A DNA stretch of 64,000 nucleotides from Jatrophihabitans sp. (GTDB lineage Bacteria > Actinomycetota > Actinomycetes > Mycobacteriales > Jatrophihabitantaceae): contig JBPCMU010000076.1 in the NCBI GenBank assembly GCA_051001975.1, positions 4,836 to 68,835 of the forward strand, in the 5' to 3' direction. Position numbers and translations under genes: made by a program. The stretch's first letter is position 1, and each line of letters opens with the position of its first letter. The notes beneath the pieces are model-generated. The model did not search any database, was not told where the DNA came from, and saw nothing but the letters and a program-made list of their open reading frames with translations. Positions 1-8,874 of the stretch are shown here, piece after piece.

Positions 1-970
1 TGCGGGCCACCGCGACGAGGTCGCCGAGCACCGCACTCGCGGTCGGCGCCCCCCCGGCGCCACGACCGTAGAACATCAGCGAGCCAGCAGCATCCGCCTC
101 GACGAACACGGCGTTGAACGCGTCGCCGACGCCGGCCAGTGGATGAGTAAGCGGCACCATCGCCGGGTGCACGCGGACCGAGACTGATTCGGCGCCGTCG
201 GCATCCGTGGCGCGCTCACAGATCGCCAGCAACTTGACTGTGCAGCCGAGCGCCTTCGCGCTGGCCATGTCCGCGGCGGTGACCGCAGAGATGCCTTCGC
301 GGTGCACGTCCGCTGCCGTCACCCTCGTGTGGAACGCGAGGCCGGCGAGGATGGCGGCCTTCGAGGCGGCGTCGTAGCCGTCGATGTCCGCGGTGGGGTC
401 CGCCTCGGCGTACCCGAGTGCGCTGGCTTCGGCGAGCGCGTCGGCGAACCCGGCGCCGGTCGCGGCCATCCGGGACAAGATGAAGTTGGTCGTGCCATTG
501 ACGATGCCGATCACCCGGGTGATCCGGTCGCCGGCGAGGGACTCCCGCAGTGGGCGGAGCAGCGGGATCGCGCCGGCCACCGCAGCCTCGTAGTAGAGAT
601 CCACTCCCCCGGCTGCCGCCGCGTCGTGCAGCGTCGCACCGTCCTCGGCGAGCAACGCCTTGTTTGCACTGACCACGCTCTTGCCGGTGGACAGCGCCGT
701 GAGCAACAGCGATCGGGTCGGCTCGATGCCGCCGACCACCTCTACCACCACATCGACGTCAGGGCGTTCCACCAGCGCCCGGGTATCGGTGGTCAGCAGT
801 TCCGCGGGAACGTCCGGATGCCGATTCGGCCGACGGATTGCGATGCCGACGATTTCCAGCGGTGCACCGACCCGAGCGGTCAGGTCGGCGGCCTGCTCCT
901 GCAGCAACCGCACCACCTGGCTGCCGACCACGCCGTGCCCCAGGATCGCGACCCTTATTGCCCTACTCAC
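1..970 (-). CDS. hom: homoserine dehydrogenase (3' end beyond window start)
   Basis: Open minus-strand frame to the window edge, starting GTG at 968-970. Own translation VSRAIRVAILGHGVVGSQVVRLL...ANKALLAEDG...NGTTNFILSRM...DIDGYDAASKAAILA. Sits in the conserved argS-lysA-hom order. Confidence 0.9.
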   Translation of the reverse strand, partial: MSRAIRVAILGHGVVGSQVVRLLQEQAADLTARVGAPLEIVGIAIRRPNRHPDVPAELLTTDTRALVERPDVDVVVEVVGGIEPTRSLLLTALSTGKSVVSANKALLAEDGATLHDAAAAGGVDLYYEAAVAGAIPLLRPLRESLAGDRITRVIGIVNGTTNFILSRMAATGAGFADALAEASALGYAEADPTADIDGYDAASKAAILAGLAFHTRVTAADVHREGISAVTAADMASAKALGCTVKLLAICERATDADGAESVSVRVHPAMVPLTHPLAGVGDAFNAVFVEADAAGSLMFYGRGAGGAPTASAVLGDLVAVAR

Positions 971-1003
971 GATGCGCCACCCAATTGGTGCGTCGAGCTG
1001 CGT

Positions 1004-1080
1004 CCAGAGGGAGGTTTCCATCACGACACGCCGGAGGTCCTGACGGAAAGCTCCCTCTCGGCGTCGATAACCTCCCTCTC
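1004..1080 (-). repeat. structured repeat copy A (14-bp-stem hairpin with conserved loop GGCGTGTCG), downstream of lysA and upstream of hom
   Basis: Minus-strand reading GAGGGAGGTTATCGACGCCGAGAGGGAGCTTTCCGTCAGGACCTCCGGCGTGTCGTGATGGAAACCTCCCTCTGG aligns with plus-strand 61134-61206. Confidence 0.6.
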
Positions 1081-1201
1081 ATGCACGTCGGGCCGACCGG
1101 CACGCGACCGGTGCCCAGCAGCGGCACTCGAGGTTCTCGCACCTTCTCGTCGGCGCGTCTATGTCGTTGCCCAGGTGGTGTGACACGCAAGGCCAGGTCG
1201 G

Positions 1202-2608
1202 TCATTCGTGCACGCCGGCGTCGAGGGCGAGGAGGTCTTGGATGGTCTCGCGGCGCACCATGACCTGGGTCTCGCCGTTGCGGACGGCGACGACCGGCGG
1301 GCGGGTGACGAAGTTGTAGTTGCTCGCCATGCTCCGGCAGTACGCGCCAGTCGCTGCTACCGCAATGAGGTCACCGGCCTCGATGTCGCCGGGCAACCAC
1401 GCGTCCCGCACCACGATGTCCCCGCTCTCACAGTGCTTTCCGACGATGCGCACCCGCGCCGCCGGCGCGGCCGAGACCCGGTTGACCAACGCCACGGTGT
1501 AATCCGCGCCATACAGGGCGGTGCGGATGTTGTCGCTCATCCCACCGTCGACGGAGACATACGTCCGCACCGTGCCACCGTCGACCTCGACTGGCTTGAC
1601 CGTGCCCACTTCGTAGACTGTGACGGTGCTCGGTCCGACGATGGCCCGGCCGGGCTCAACCGCGATGAGCGGCAGGGCCAACGACTGCTCGGCGCAGTCC
1701 TGCTCGACAATGCTGCGCAACCGGCCGGCTATCTCCTTCGGCGCCTGCGGTTCGTCGCCGTCCCGGTATGCGATGCCGAAGCCGCCGCCGAGATCGATGA
1801 CCGGCAGTTCGACGCCGTGCTCGTCGCGGATCTGGGCCAGCAGGCCCACGATCCGCCGGGCGGATACCTCGAAACCGGCCGTGTCGAAGATCTGCGAACC
1901 GATGTGCGAGTGCAGTCCGATGAGATCCAGGGACCCGCTGGCCAGGATCTGCCCGATCGCACGGAAGGCGTCTCCGCTAGCGAGCGAGAAACCGAACTTC
2001 TGATCCTCGTGGGCGGTCGCGATGTATTCGTGAGTGTGCGCCTCGACACCGACGGTCACCCGCACCATGACGCGCTGGCGCACCCCGCCTGCATCGCACA
2101 GTGTCGACAACCGTTCGATCTCCTCGAAGGAGTCGATGACGACCGTGCCGACACCTGCGTGCACCGCGCTGGTCAGCTCGGCGACCGACTTGTTGTTGCC
2201 GTGCAATGCCATCCGCTCCGGTGGGAAGTCCGCGGCCAACGCGACGGCCATCTCGCCGGCGGTGCATACGTCCAGGCCCAGACCATCCTCGGCGATCCAC
2301 CGCGCAAGCTGGGTGCAGAGGAAGGCCTTTCCCGCGTAATACACCTCGTTACCCGCGAACGCCTCGACGAACTGCCGGGCCCGCTCGCGCAGGTCCTGCT
2401 CATCCATCAGCATGAGCGGGGTACCGAACTGACTGACCAGGTCCACGACCGACGCGCCGCCGAGCGTCAGTCGACCGTTGACCCGCTCGGCAGTCACCGG
2501 CCATACCAGCGGGTCGAGGGCGGTCACATCCACCGGCGCATCGGAGCGCTCGGCACCGCGCTGCCCGTCGGCATGACGCGATCCTGCGGGGTGTGCTGAT
2601 CTCGCCAC
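1202..2608 (-). CDS. lysA: diaminopimelate decarboxylase
   Basis: 468-aa ORF with PLP-decarboxylase motifs (YAGKAF, HSHIGSQ, GGGFGIAY, ESGD). GTG start at 2606-2608. Confidence 0.95.
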   Translation of the reverse strand: MARSAHPAGSRHADGQRGAERSDAPVDVTALDPLVWPVTAERVNGRLTLGGASVVDLVSQFGTPLMLMDEQDLRERARQFVEAFAGNEVYYAGKAFLCTQLARWIAEDGLGLDVCTAGEMAVALAADFPPERMALHGNNKSVAELTSAVHAGVGTVVIDSFEEIERLSTLCDAGGVRQRVMVRVTVGVEAHTHEYIATAHEDQKFGFSLASGDAFRAIGQILASGSLDLIGLHSHIGSQIFDTAGFEVSARRIVGLLAQIRDEHGVELPVIDLGGGFGIAYRDGDEPQAPKEIAGRLRSIVEQDCAEQSLALPLIAVEPGRAIVGPSTVTVYEVGTVKPVEVDGGTVRTYVSVDGGMSDNIRTALYGADYTVALVNRVSAAPAARVRIVGKHCESGDIVVRDAWLPGDIEAGDLIAVAATGAYCRSMASNYNFVTRPPVVAVRNGETQVMVRRETIQDLLALDAGVHE

Positions 2609-2614
2609 GGATAC

Positions 2615-4258
2615 CTACATTCGTTCGGGAGCGTGCACGCCCAACAGGCCGAGCCCGTTGGCGAGCACGATCCGGGTGGCTTCACATAGCCACAGCCGCG
2701 CGTCGGTGAGCGGGGTGGCCTCCTCATCACCTTGCGGCAGCACACGGCAAGAGTCGTAGAACCGGTGGTAGGTACCGGCGAGCTCTTCGAGATACCTCGC
2801 CACCCGATGCGCGGCGCGCAGTTCTGCGGCGCTGCCGACGACGCGGGGGAACTCGGCCAGCGCGCTCAACAGCTGCGCCTCCCGCTCGTCGCTGAGCAGC
2901 GACAGATCAGGATCGGTCGAGCGAGTGATGCAGAGGTCCGCTGCGCTGTGCAGCAACGACGAGAGCCGCACATGGGCGTACTGCACATAGAAGACCGGGT
3001 TGTCATTGGTCCGGCTGGCCCACAGGTCGAGGTCCAGGTCGATCGCGGAGTCCGTCGACGAGCGAACCAGCGCGTAGCGGGCAGCGTCGACGCCGATCGC
3101 CTCGACCAGGTCGGCGAGGGTGACGAGGTTGCCGGCCCGCTTGCTCATCCGGCCACCCCGAGTGGTCACCAGCTGCCCGATGAGGATCTCCAGCGTCTCG
3201 TCCGGGTTCTCGCCCAGCCCGGCGACCAGACCGCGCAGTCGCCCGACATACCCGTGGTGATCCGCGCCGAGGATGATCAAGACCTTGTCTGCGCCGCGGT
3301 TTCGCTTGTCGACGTAGTAGGCCAGGTCCGCGCAGAAGTAGGTGGGCTGACCGTTGCTGCGGACGATCACCCGGTCCTTGTCGTCACCGAACTCGGTAGT
3401 CCGTAGCCACACCGCACCGTCGGCCTCGAAGACGTGCCCGGAGTCGCGCAACTGCTGCACGACCCGGTCGATCGCGCCGGACGCGTGCAGATCGCGCTCA
3501 TTGAAGTAGACGTCGAAATCGACACCGAAGTCATGCAGCGCGGTCTTGATCCGGTCGAACATCAGCTCGACGCCGTCGCGCCGGAAGATCTCGGTCGCCT
3601 TCTCCGGCGATTCGTCCAGCAGGCCGGGGTTAGCGGCAACGACCTGACCGGCAACCTCGCTGATGTAATCGCCGCGGTACCCGTCCTCGGCGACCTCCTC
3701 GCCGTGCGCGGTGGCATAGAGCGAAGCGGCGAACCGATCGATCTGCGAGCCGGCATCGTTGAAGTAGTACTCCCGCGTCACCTCAGCACCGCTGGCCTTG
3801 AACAGCCGAGACAAAGCGTCGCCGACAGAGGCCCACCGGGCGTGCGCCAGGTGCACCGGGCCGGTCGGATTGGCCGAGACGTACTCGAGGTTGACCGACA
3901 GGCCGGCCGTGCTCTGGTTGCTGCCGTACTCCACCCCAGCGGCCACGATCTGGGTAGCCACTTGAGCGAGCGAGTCCGGCGCCAAGGTGATGTTCAGGAA
4001 GCCAGGACCGGCGACGTCGACCCTGGCGATGCCCTCGACCAGCAGCAGCCGGGCAGCGATCGCCGCGGCCACATCCCGGGGCGGTTTGCCGGCATCCTTC
4101 GCCAGCCGCATCGCCACGTTCGTGGCGTAGTCGCCGTGTTCGCGGGTGCGCGGCCGGTCCACGACGATCTCGGCCGGAACCGAGCCGGTGAACTCACCGG
4201 CTTCGAGGCAGGCGGCGACGGCCGCGCTGATGGCAGAAGATAGATCGGCCGGGGTCAC
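2615..4258 (-). CDS. argS: arginine--tRNA ligase
   Basis: 547-aa ORF with class I signatures ([19 protein letters not shown]). Confidence 0.95.
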   Translation of the reverse strand: MTPADLSSAISAAVAACLEAGEFTGSVPAEIVVDRPRTREHGDYATNVAMRLAKDAGKPPRDVAAAIAARLLLVEGIARVDVAGPGFLNITLAPDSLAQVATQIVAAGVEYGSNQSTAGLSVNLEYVSANPTGPVHLAHARWASVGDALSRLFKASGAEVTREYYFNDAGSQIDRFAASLYATAHGEEVAEDGYRGDYISEVAGQVVAANPGLLDESPEKATEIFRRDGVELMFDRIKTALHDFGVDFDVYFNERDLHASGAIDRVVQQLRDSGHVFEADGAVWLRTTEFGDDKDRVIVRSNGQPTYFCADLAYYVDKRNRGADKVLIILGADHHGYVGRLRGLVAGLGENPDETLEILIGQLVTTRGGRMSKRAGNLVTLADLVEAIGVDAARYALVRSSTDSAIDLDLDLWASRTNDNPVFYVQYAHVRLSSLLHSAADLCITRSTDPDLSLLSDEREAQLLSALAEFPRVVGSAAELRAAHRVARYLEELAGTYHRFYDSCRVLPQGDEEATPLTDARLWLCEATRIVLANGLGLLGVHAPERM

Positions 4259-4345
4259 CGCACCAATGGTAGTGGGCGCTCCTCGTCAGATTTCGGGCCG
4301 TCTCGCTGCCCAACGCCCGCGATGATCAAGGCAGGGGCGGGACGC

Positions 4346-5134
4346 TCAGGCGACCTGGATGGATCGCTTCGCCAGACCCATCCAGTAGCCGTCGATGACC
4401 TGCTCGGGTGGGCACTGCGGATCCTGCGCGGCACCCAGCGTGACGAACAGCGGCGCGAAGTGCTCGACCGTCGGGTGCGCGTAGGGCATGCCGGGCGCCT
4501 TGTCACCGAACGCGGCCAGTCCGTCCACGTCGCCGGCCTGCAACATCTCCCGGGTCCACTCGTCGAAGTCCCGCGACCAGCCCGGCGCCGGCGCGTCCGG
4601 AGTTGGATCGGACAGGAACGGCAGCCCGTGCGTGGTGAATCCGGACCCGATGATCATGACGCCTTCCTCGCGCAACGGTGCCAGCCGGCGCCCGAGCGCC
4701 AGTAACCGATCCGGTTCGAGGGAGGGCAGCGACATCTGGAGGACAGGGATGTCGGCTTGCGGGTACATCACGGTCAGCGGCACGTACGCGCCGTGGTCGA
4801 GGCCGCGTTCCGGCTGGTCGGCGACCCGCTCGGTGGCCGGCATCATCGCGCGGATGCGGCCGGCGAGCGCAGGTGCGCCGGGGGCCGGGTAGGTCATCTC
4901 GTAGTAGCGCTGGGGAAATCCGCCGAAGTCATAAGTGAGTGGGACCGTTTGGGTGGCGCCCAGCATCAGCGGTGCGGACTCCCAGTGCGCGGACACCATC
5001 AGAATCGACTCCGGCCGCGGTAAATCCCGGGTCCAGTCGCGCAACTGGCGCACCCACCGAGCGTCGTCGACCAGTGGCGGTGCGCCATGGCTGATGAACA
5101 GGGCCGGCATCCGCTGTGGCGTCGTCTCGGTCAT
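4346..5134 (-). CDS. class III extradiol ring-cleavage dioxygenase (4,5-DOPA dioxygenase/YgiD-like)
   Basis: 262-aa ORF: FISHGAPP...VSAHWE...GLDHGAYVPL...IIGSGFTTH. Confidence 0.75.
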   Translation of the reverse strand: MTETTPQRMPALFISHGAPPLVDDARWVRQLRDWTRDLPRPESILMVSAHWESAPLMLGATQTVPLTYDFGGFPQRYYEMTYPAPGAPALAGRIRAMMPATERVADQPERGLDHGAYVPLTVMYPQADIPVLQMSLPSLEPDRLLALGRRLAPLREEGVMIIGSGFTTHGLPFLSDPTPDAPAPGWSRDFDEWTREMLQAGDVDGLAAFGDKAPGMPYAHPTVEHFAPLFVTLGAAQDPQCPPEQVIDGYWMGLAKRSIQVA

Positions 5135-5285
5135 ACTCGCACTGTAGTTGAACGTTACAATATCTGCTAGGCATGCTTCTTTCTCCGACGAGAGATCTGG
5201 GGATGACGCCGCCGGGTACGTGCATCGGCATCGGCCCCGCGCTGTTAACCTTTCCCGGGCAACCCGGTCTATCGATCGGGTCCAT

Positions 5286-5360
5286 GCCCCCGTAGCTCAG
5301 GGGATAGAGCACCGCCCTCCGGAGGCGGTGGCGCAGGTTCGAATCCTGCCGGGGGCACCA
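5286..5360 (+). tRNA. tRNA-Arg (anticodon CCG), encoded CCA end
   Basis: Hand-folded cloverleaf: acceptor GCCCCCG/CGGGGGC, D arm GCTC-AGGGGATA-GAGC, anticodon arm CCGCC-CTCCGGA-GGCGG, T arm GCAGG-TTCGAAT-CCTGC. Confidence 0.9.
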
Positions 5361-5361
5361 C
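5312..5361 (+). repeat. attL core (within the intact tRNA-Arg)
   Basis: CCGCCCTCCGGAGGCGGTGGCGCAGGTTCGAATCCTGCCGGGGGCACCAC, identical to 23579-23628. Confidence 0.85.
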
Positions 5362-5376
5362 GCGCAAGGCCCGTAT

Positions 5377-6576
5377 TCACTGGGCTGCGCTCCGATCCCG
5401 GACCACGTCGAGGTCGACCACAACGGCCGGGGGCAACAAATGGGCAACAGCAGCGGAGCGCGCCGAGTCCATCCGGTCGGCCACTTCGTCGAGCTGGTCG
5501 CCGAACAGGTGCCCGTACTGATCGAGGGTCATCGTCGCCGACTTGTGCCCGAGCATCTGCTGTACCACCTTGACGTTCGCGCCAGAAGCGATGGCCAGCG
5601 ACGCCGCGGTGTGCCGCAGCTCGTGCGGGTGCAGACCCTCTAGGCCGACTGCGGTCGCGGCCGCATCGAACGCGGCGTGCCGGAACACAGCCACCCGCAA
5701 CGCTCCTCCGCCCCGCACACCGGCGAACACCAGGTCGTCGCGACTCTTGCCGGCGACTTGTCCGGCCAGCTCGTCGACGAGGAATCGCGGGATGGGCACG
5801 TCTCGGCGCTCGTGGCCCTTCGGGGTGCCCCACACCTGGCCGCTCCCCTGCACAACGGTGACGGACTCCGCGATCTCGGCCCGGCGACGCAGTAGGTCAA
5901 GCCGGCCCACTCGCAACGCGGCCAGCTCTCCGAACCGCACCCCGGTGTAGGCGAGAAACAGCACGATGAGCCGGTAGTCGCCGGCGCGGCGTTCGCTGTG
6001 CCTGCGGTACTTGCTGATCAGCTCGGGGCGTGGCTGAGCGCACGCCTCGGCAAGCTGCTCGACCTCGGAGTGGGTGAGGTACCGCCGATCGCCGGCGACG
6101 ACTCGCGGCAGCGCGACGCCGTTGGCCGGGTTGCGCACCAGTCGGCCATCCCTGACCGCGAGATCCATCACGAGCGACAGAACCCGGTGGACCTTCCGTA
6201 CCGTCGCCGGTGAGCGCGTCGCGGTCAGTGTGGTGACCTATGCCTGCACGTCGGCATGCGTGACGTCGCCGAGGCGGACCGATCCCCAGCGCGGTGTCAC
6301 ATGCTCGCGCAGGATGCCGGCGTACCGCTCCCGCGTCGATGGTTTGAGGTGCGCCTGCCCATCGAGCCACCGCTGCGCCCAAGCCCCGACCGCGAGACGG
6401 GCCGCGGCCGGGTCAACATAGGACCCGGTCAGCTTCGAAGCCTCGACCGTTGTCAGGAACCGCTCCGCGTCAACCCTCCGGCCGAACGATTTGCTGCGCT
6501 GCTTACCGGCCGGATCGCGATAGTGAGCCCGCCACCGAACTGTCCCACCGCGCTCTCGCTTCTCGACGCTGGCCAT
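5377..6576 (-). pseudogene. tyrosine integrase interrupted by one in-frame TAG (6238-6240)
   Basis: ORFs 6238-6576 (N-terminal SAM-like domain) and 5377-6171 (catalytic domain with HELRHT...LGH) share one frame. Reading across gives ...THADVQA*VTTLTATRSPATVRKVHRVLSLVMDLAVRDGRL. Confidence 0.8.
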
Positions 6577-7148
6577 CAGTCGTCCCAGTCCGACCGAGCG
6601 CCACCAGCGGCGCCAACCTCGTCTGCGCCAAGGAAGCCTGCGACGCGTGCGCTCGAGACGCGTCGAGCGGCTGTGGCGCGAGAAACATGAAATGCCTGCT
6701 GAACCTGTTGCGTCGGAGCATCGCCGACTGCTCGGGCAATCCGATACTCCAATGCGACGAGCCGATGCATCCGCGTGCCCTCATCTTCATCTGGCCGGGC
6801 GAGGAGCCTGTGCTTCAAGGCGATCGTCGACAAGAGGCTTCGTAATGGACGACGCAGCAACGCCCGTAGCGGCACACCTCTGAGATCCTCGGTCGCGATC
6901 CCGTGTCCGGGCTCAGCCTCCATCGTCACGTTTGTCACGAGGTAGATACCCCCGACGGCATCAGCGCGCACACGCACAGTGATTTCTGGCCGCTCGGGCA
7001 ACTGCGCTGTCACCACAACCCATTGCGGGCCCCGCACGTCGGGCGCAACGTTGGCAGTCTTGCCGCGCTTCTCGATCCGAGCGTCCACGACCACGCCGCA
7101 AGACTGCCAACGCGACACGCCGTTGTCAATGCTGACTTGATGCACCAT
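6576..7148 (-). CDS. hypothetical protein with C-terminal HTH-like segment, stop/start-overlapped with the integrase
   Basis: 190-aa ORF. Its TGA overlaps the integrase ATG (TGATG at 6574-6578). C-terminus reads QQVQQAFHVSRATAARRVSSARVAGFLG. Confidence 0.55.
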   Translation of the reverse strand: MVHQVSIDNGVSRWQSCGVVVDARIEKRGKTANVAPDVRGPQWVVVTAQLPERPEITVRVRADAVGGIYLVTNVTMEAEPGHGIATEDLRGVPLRALLRRPLRSLLSTIALKHRLLARPDEDEGTRMHRLVALEYRIARAVGDAPTQQVQQAFHVSRATAARRVSSARVAGFLGADEVGAAGGARSDWDD

Positions 7149-7166
7149 GCGCGATGCTGTACCAAT

Positions 7167-7182
7167 TACTGGTGAACCAGTA
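7167..7182. promoter_or_regulatory. 16-bp palindrome TACTGGTGAACCAGTA in the divergent region between the HTH gene and xis (candidate switch operator)
   Basis: Perfect 7-bp arms with a 2-nt spacer in the 66-bp divergent intergenic region. Confidence 0.45.
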
Positions 7183-7214
7183 TCGTCAATGCTAGGTCAT
7201 CCACTGGAGGCAAC

Positions 7215-7406
7215 ATGCAAGCAATGGTCACGCTCGACGAGATCGCCGAGCGTCTACGGATTCCGGCCGGCACTCTGCGCTACTGGCGGCACCAGGGCCG
7301 CGGCCCTCGCACATTCCGGGTTGGACGTCGGGTCATGGCCTACGAGTCGGACGTCGAGGTGTGGCTGAAAGAGCAGTACGACGCCGATCCGCGAGCGACG
7401 GCCTGA
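7215..7406 (+). CDS. excisionase / MerR-AlpA-type HTH DNA-binding protein
   Basis: 63 aa: VTLDEIAERLRIPAGTLRYWRHQGRGPRTFRVGRRVMAYESDVEVWL. Confidence 0.75.
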   Translation: MQAMVTLDEIAERLRIPAGTLRYWRHQGRGPRTFRVGRRVMAYESDVEVWLKEQYDADPRATA

Positions 7407-7414
7407 CGATCTCG

Positions 7415-7921
7415 ATGCCCGGTCCAGCCCCCTCGCTTCCAACTTCAGAGACCAGCCGCCCCGGCAACGACTCCGGGTCGGCTCAGACGGACAGCACGTC
7501 TGTAGTAGCGCCTGCCGACGAAGACGACCGCGGGCCGTGCGGCCTGTGTCGTCGATCGACGCTGCACCGCGAGGACGCCGATGGCAACGACCTCGGTCGC
7601 TGCCCGATCGATCATGGCGCCAACCGCGGCCGCCAACCGACGCCTGCGGGAATGGAGCGTGCCGCATCCGGTACCGATGCGTGGTTCGCATCGTCGGCGG
7701 AACAGGCCCTCGTTGAACTGATCCGCATCGGCCATCGATGGACATCGGATGCGTTGTTCGAGATGGGAGTACCGAGGCCAGACAACGGTAACCGCGTAGG
7801 TGCGTTCCTCGCTCAAGCCGCACGTGACGGCCGAATCGTGAAAGTCGGTTACCGGCCGTCACCTCGCCCGTCACGAGCGGGTGGCGTGACCGCAGTCTGG
7901 CAGGGGCGCCGTGACCGATGA
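7415..7921 (+). CDS. hypothetical phage/plasmid-type protein with CxxC...CxxxH motif
   Basis: In-frame ATG at 7415 just after the xis stop. High third-position GC. CGLCRRSTLHREDADGNDLGRCPIDH. Confidence 0.5.
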   Translation: MPGPAPSLPTSETSRPGNDSGSAQTDSTSVVAPADEDDRGPCGLCRRSTLHREDADGNDLGRCPIDHGANRGRQPTPAGMERAASGTDAWFASSAEQALVELIRIGHRWTSDALFEMGVPRPDNGNRVGAFLAQAARDGRIVKVGYRPSPRPSRAGGVTAVWQGRRDR

Positions 7922-8666
7922 GCAGCCGCAACTGTGGCACCGCACTCGGTGGAGCGAGGCGATCTGGTCGTCGACCGAGCTGCGCCCGCTCGAGCGGCTG
8001 GTCGCTCTGGCGTATGCCGATCACGCCCGTTCCGGCGAGGAGGCGTGGGTGAGTTACGGGTCCATGATTCAGCGCACCGGATTGGGCCGCACGGCCGTGA
8101 TCAAGAGCGTGCGTCGCCTGCTGGACGCTGGCTGGCTGGTGTTAGTCAGGCCGTCGCGGCAGCAGCATCCTGCGGTCTACCGACTGGTCGTACCTAGCCG
8201 CCAGGGTGTCGTGTCGCGAACCTCTGAGGCTGTGGATAACCCATCCAGCGTGTCGTCTCGCGACACGCTGGGAAATCTCAGGGTGTCGCGTGGCGACGCC
8301 AGGGTGTCGCGTGGCGAACCCAACCTCAGTAACTACCCCAGAGATAACCTCAGCTGCAGCGGCGAAGCGAATCACTCAGCGAACGACATCGAGCAGCGCA
8401 TCGCGGACGCAGCTGTCACGGTCGGCCGACCGATCGACCGAACACGAGTTCTCGCTGAGCTGAAGAGACGCGGCGTCCGCTCCCCCGTCGCATATCTGCG
8501 GCAGATGCCCGACCGCGATATCGCTGACCTTGGCGGAGCGCCCCCGCCCGAACCGCTCCCCGCCTGGTGCGGACAGTGCGACGAGGCGAACCGGCAGTTC
8601 GACGTCGGCGGCGACCGTTGGGCTCCGTGCCCGCGGTGCAGCTCCGCAGCTCGGAGGCCGGCGTGA
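7911..8666 (+). CDS. winged-helix/HTH protein, putative replication initiator of the element
   Basis: 251 aa. N-terminus LERLVALAYADHA...YGSMIQRTGLGRTAVIKSVRRLLDAGWL. C-terminus WCGQCDE...PCPRC. Contains iteron-like repeats. Confidence 0.55.
   Translation: MTDEQPQLWHRTRWSEAIWSSTELRPLERLVALAYADHARSGEEAWVSYGSMIQRTGLGRTAVIKSVRRLLDAGWLVLVRPSRQQHPAVYRLVVPSRQGVVSRTSEAVDNPSSVSSRDTLGNLRVSRGDARVSRGEPNLSNYPRDNLSCSGEANHSANDIEQRIADAAVTVGRPIDRTRVLAELKRRGVRSPVAYLRQMPDRDIADLGGAPPPEPLPAWCGQCDEANRQFDVGGDRWAPCPRCSSAARRPA
8202..8317 (+). repeat. iteron-like cluster inside the putative rep gene
   Basis: CAGGGTGTCGCGTGGCGA at 8279-8296 and 8300-8317 (21-bp period). Variant CAGGGTGTCGTGTCGCGA at 8202-8219. Palindrome CCAGCGTGTCG-TCTCG-CGACACGCTGG at 8245-8271. 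Confidence 0.6.
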
Positions 8667-8854
8667 CCAACCACGACGCGCAGCGGTGTGATCGTTACGG
8701 GCCGAACTTGAACCGCAACGCAGCCGGCATCACGCCACGCACCACCCGCCGGCCTGCGCGGATCGTTCCGCTCGGTCGGACGTTTCGCGATGAGACCGAC
8801 TACCTCGACTCGACGTTCGGCCCGTTCGAGCCGGCCGACTTCACCGACCGCTGA
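8663..8854 (+). CDS. small hypothetical protein (63 aa)
   Basis: GTGA start/stop overlap with the preceding gene. Very high third-position GC by hand count. Not resolved as a separate ORF in the track. Confidence 0.5.
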   Translation: MTNHDAQRCDRYGPNLNRNAAGITPRTTRRPARIVPLGRTFRDETDYLDSTFGPFEPADFTDR

Positions 8855-8874
8855 CCCACCGGAGGACCGACCGA

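Noticed and set aside
971-1201. Riboswitch or leader RNA controlling hom
   Set aside because: The same element recurs at 61134-61206, where no downstream gene follows on that strand. I could not match it to any riboswitch class I know. It is reported only as a structured repeat.
963-1205. 80-aa ORF with peptide similarity to ORF 61039-61293
   Set aside because: The similarity is a by-product of the shared nucleotide hairpin repeat. Both ORFs lack coding bias.
1208-2599. 463-aa plus-strand ORF antisense to lysA. Similar long antisense ORFs occur at 2732-3406, 3434-4243, 15354-17288, 32886-34505, 41957-43285 and 55507-56637.
   Set aside because: These are Arg/Gly/Pro-rich translations with no motifs that mirror well-supported genes on the opposite strand. 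Such artefacts are typical of high-GC DNA.
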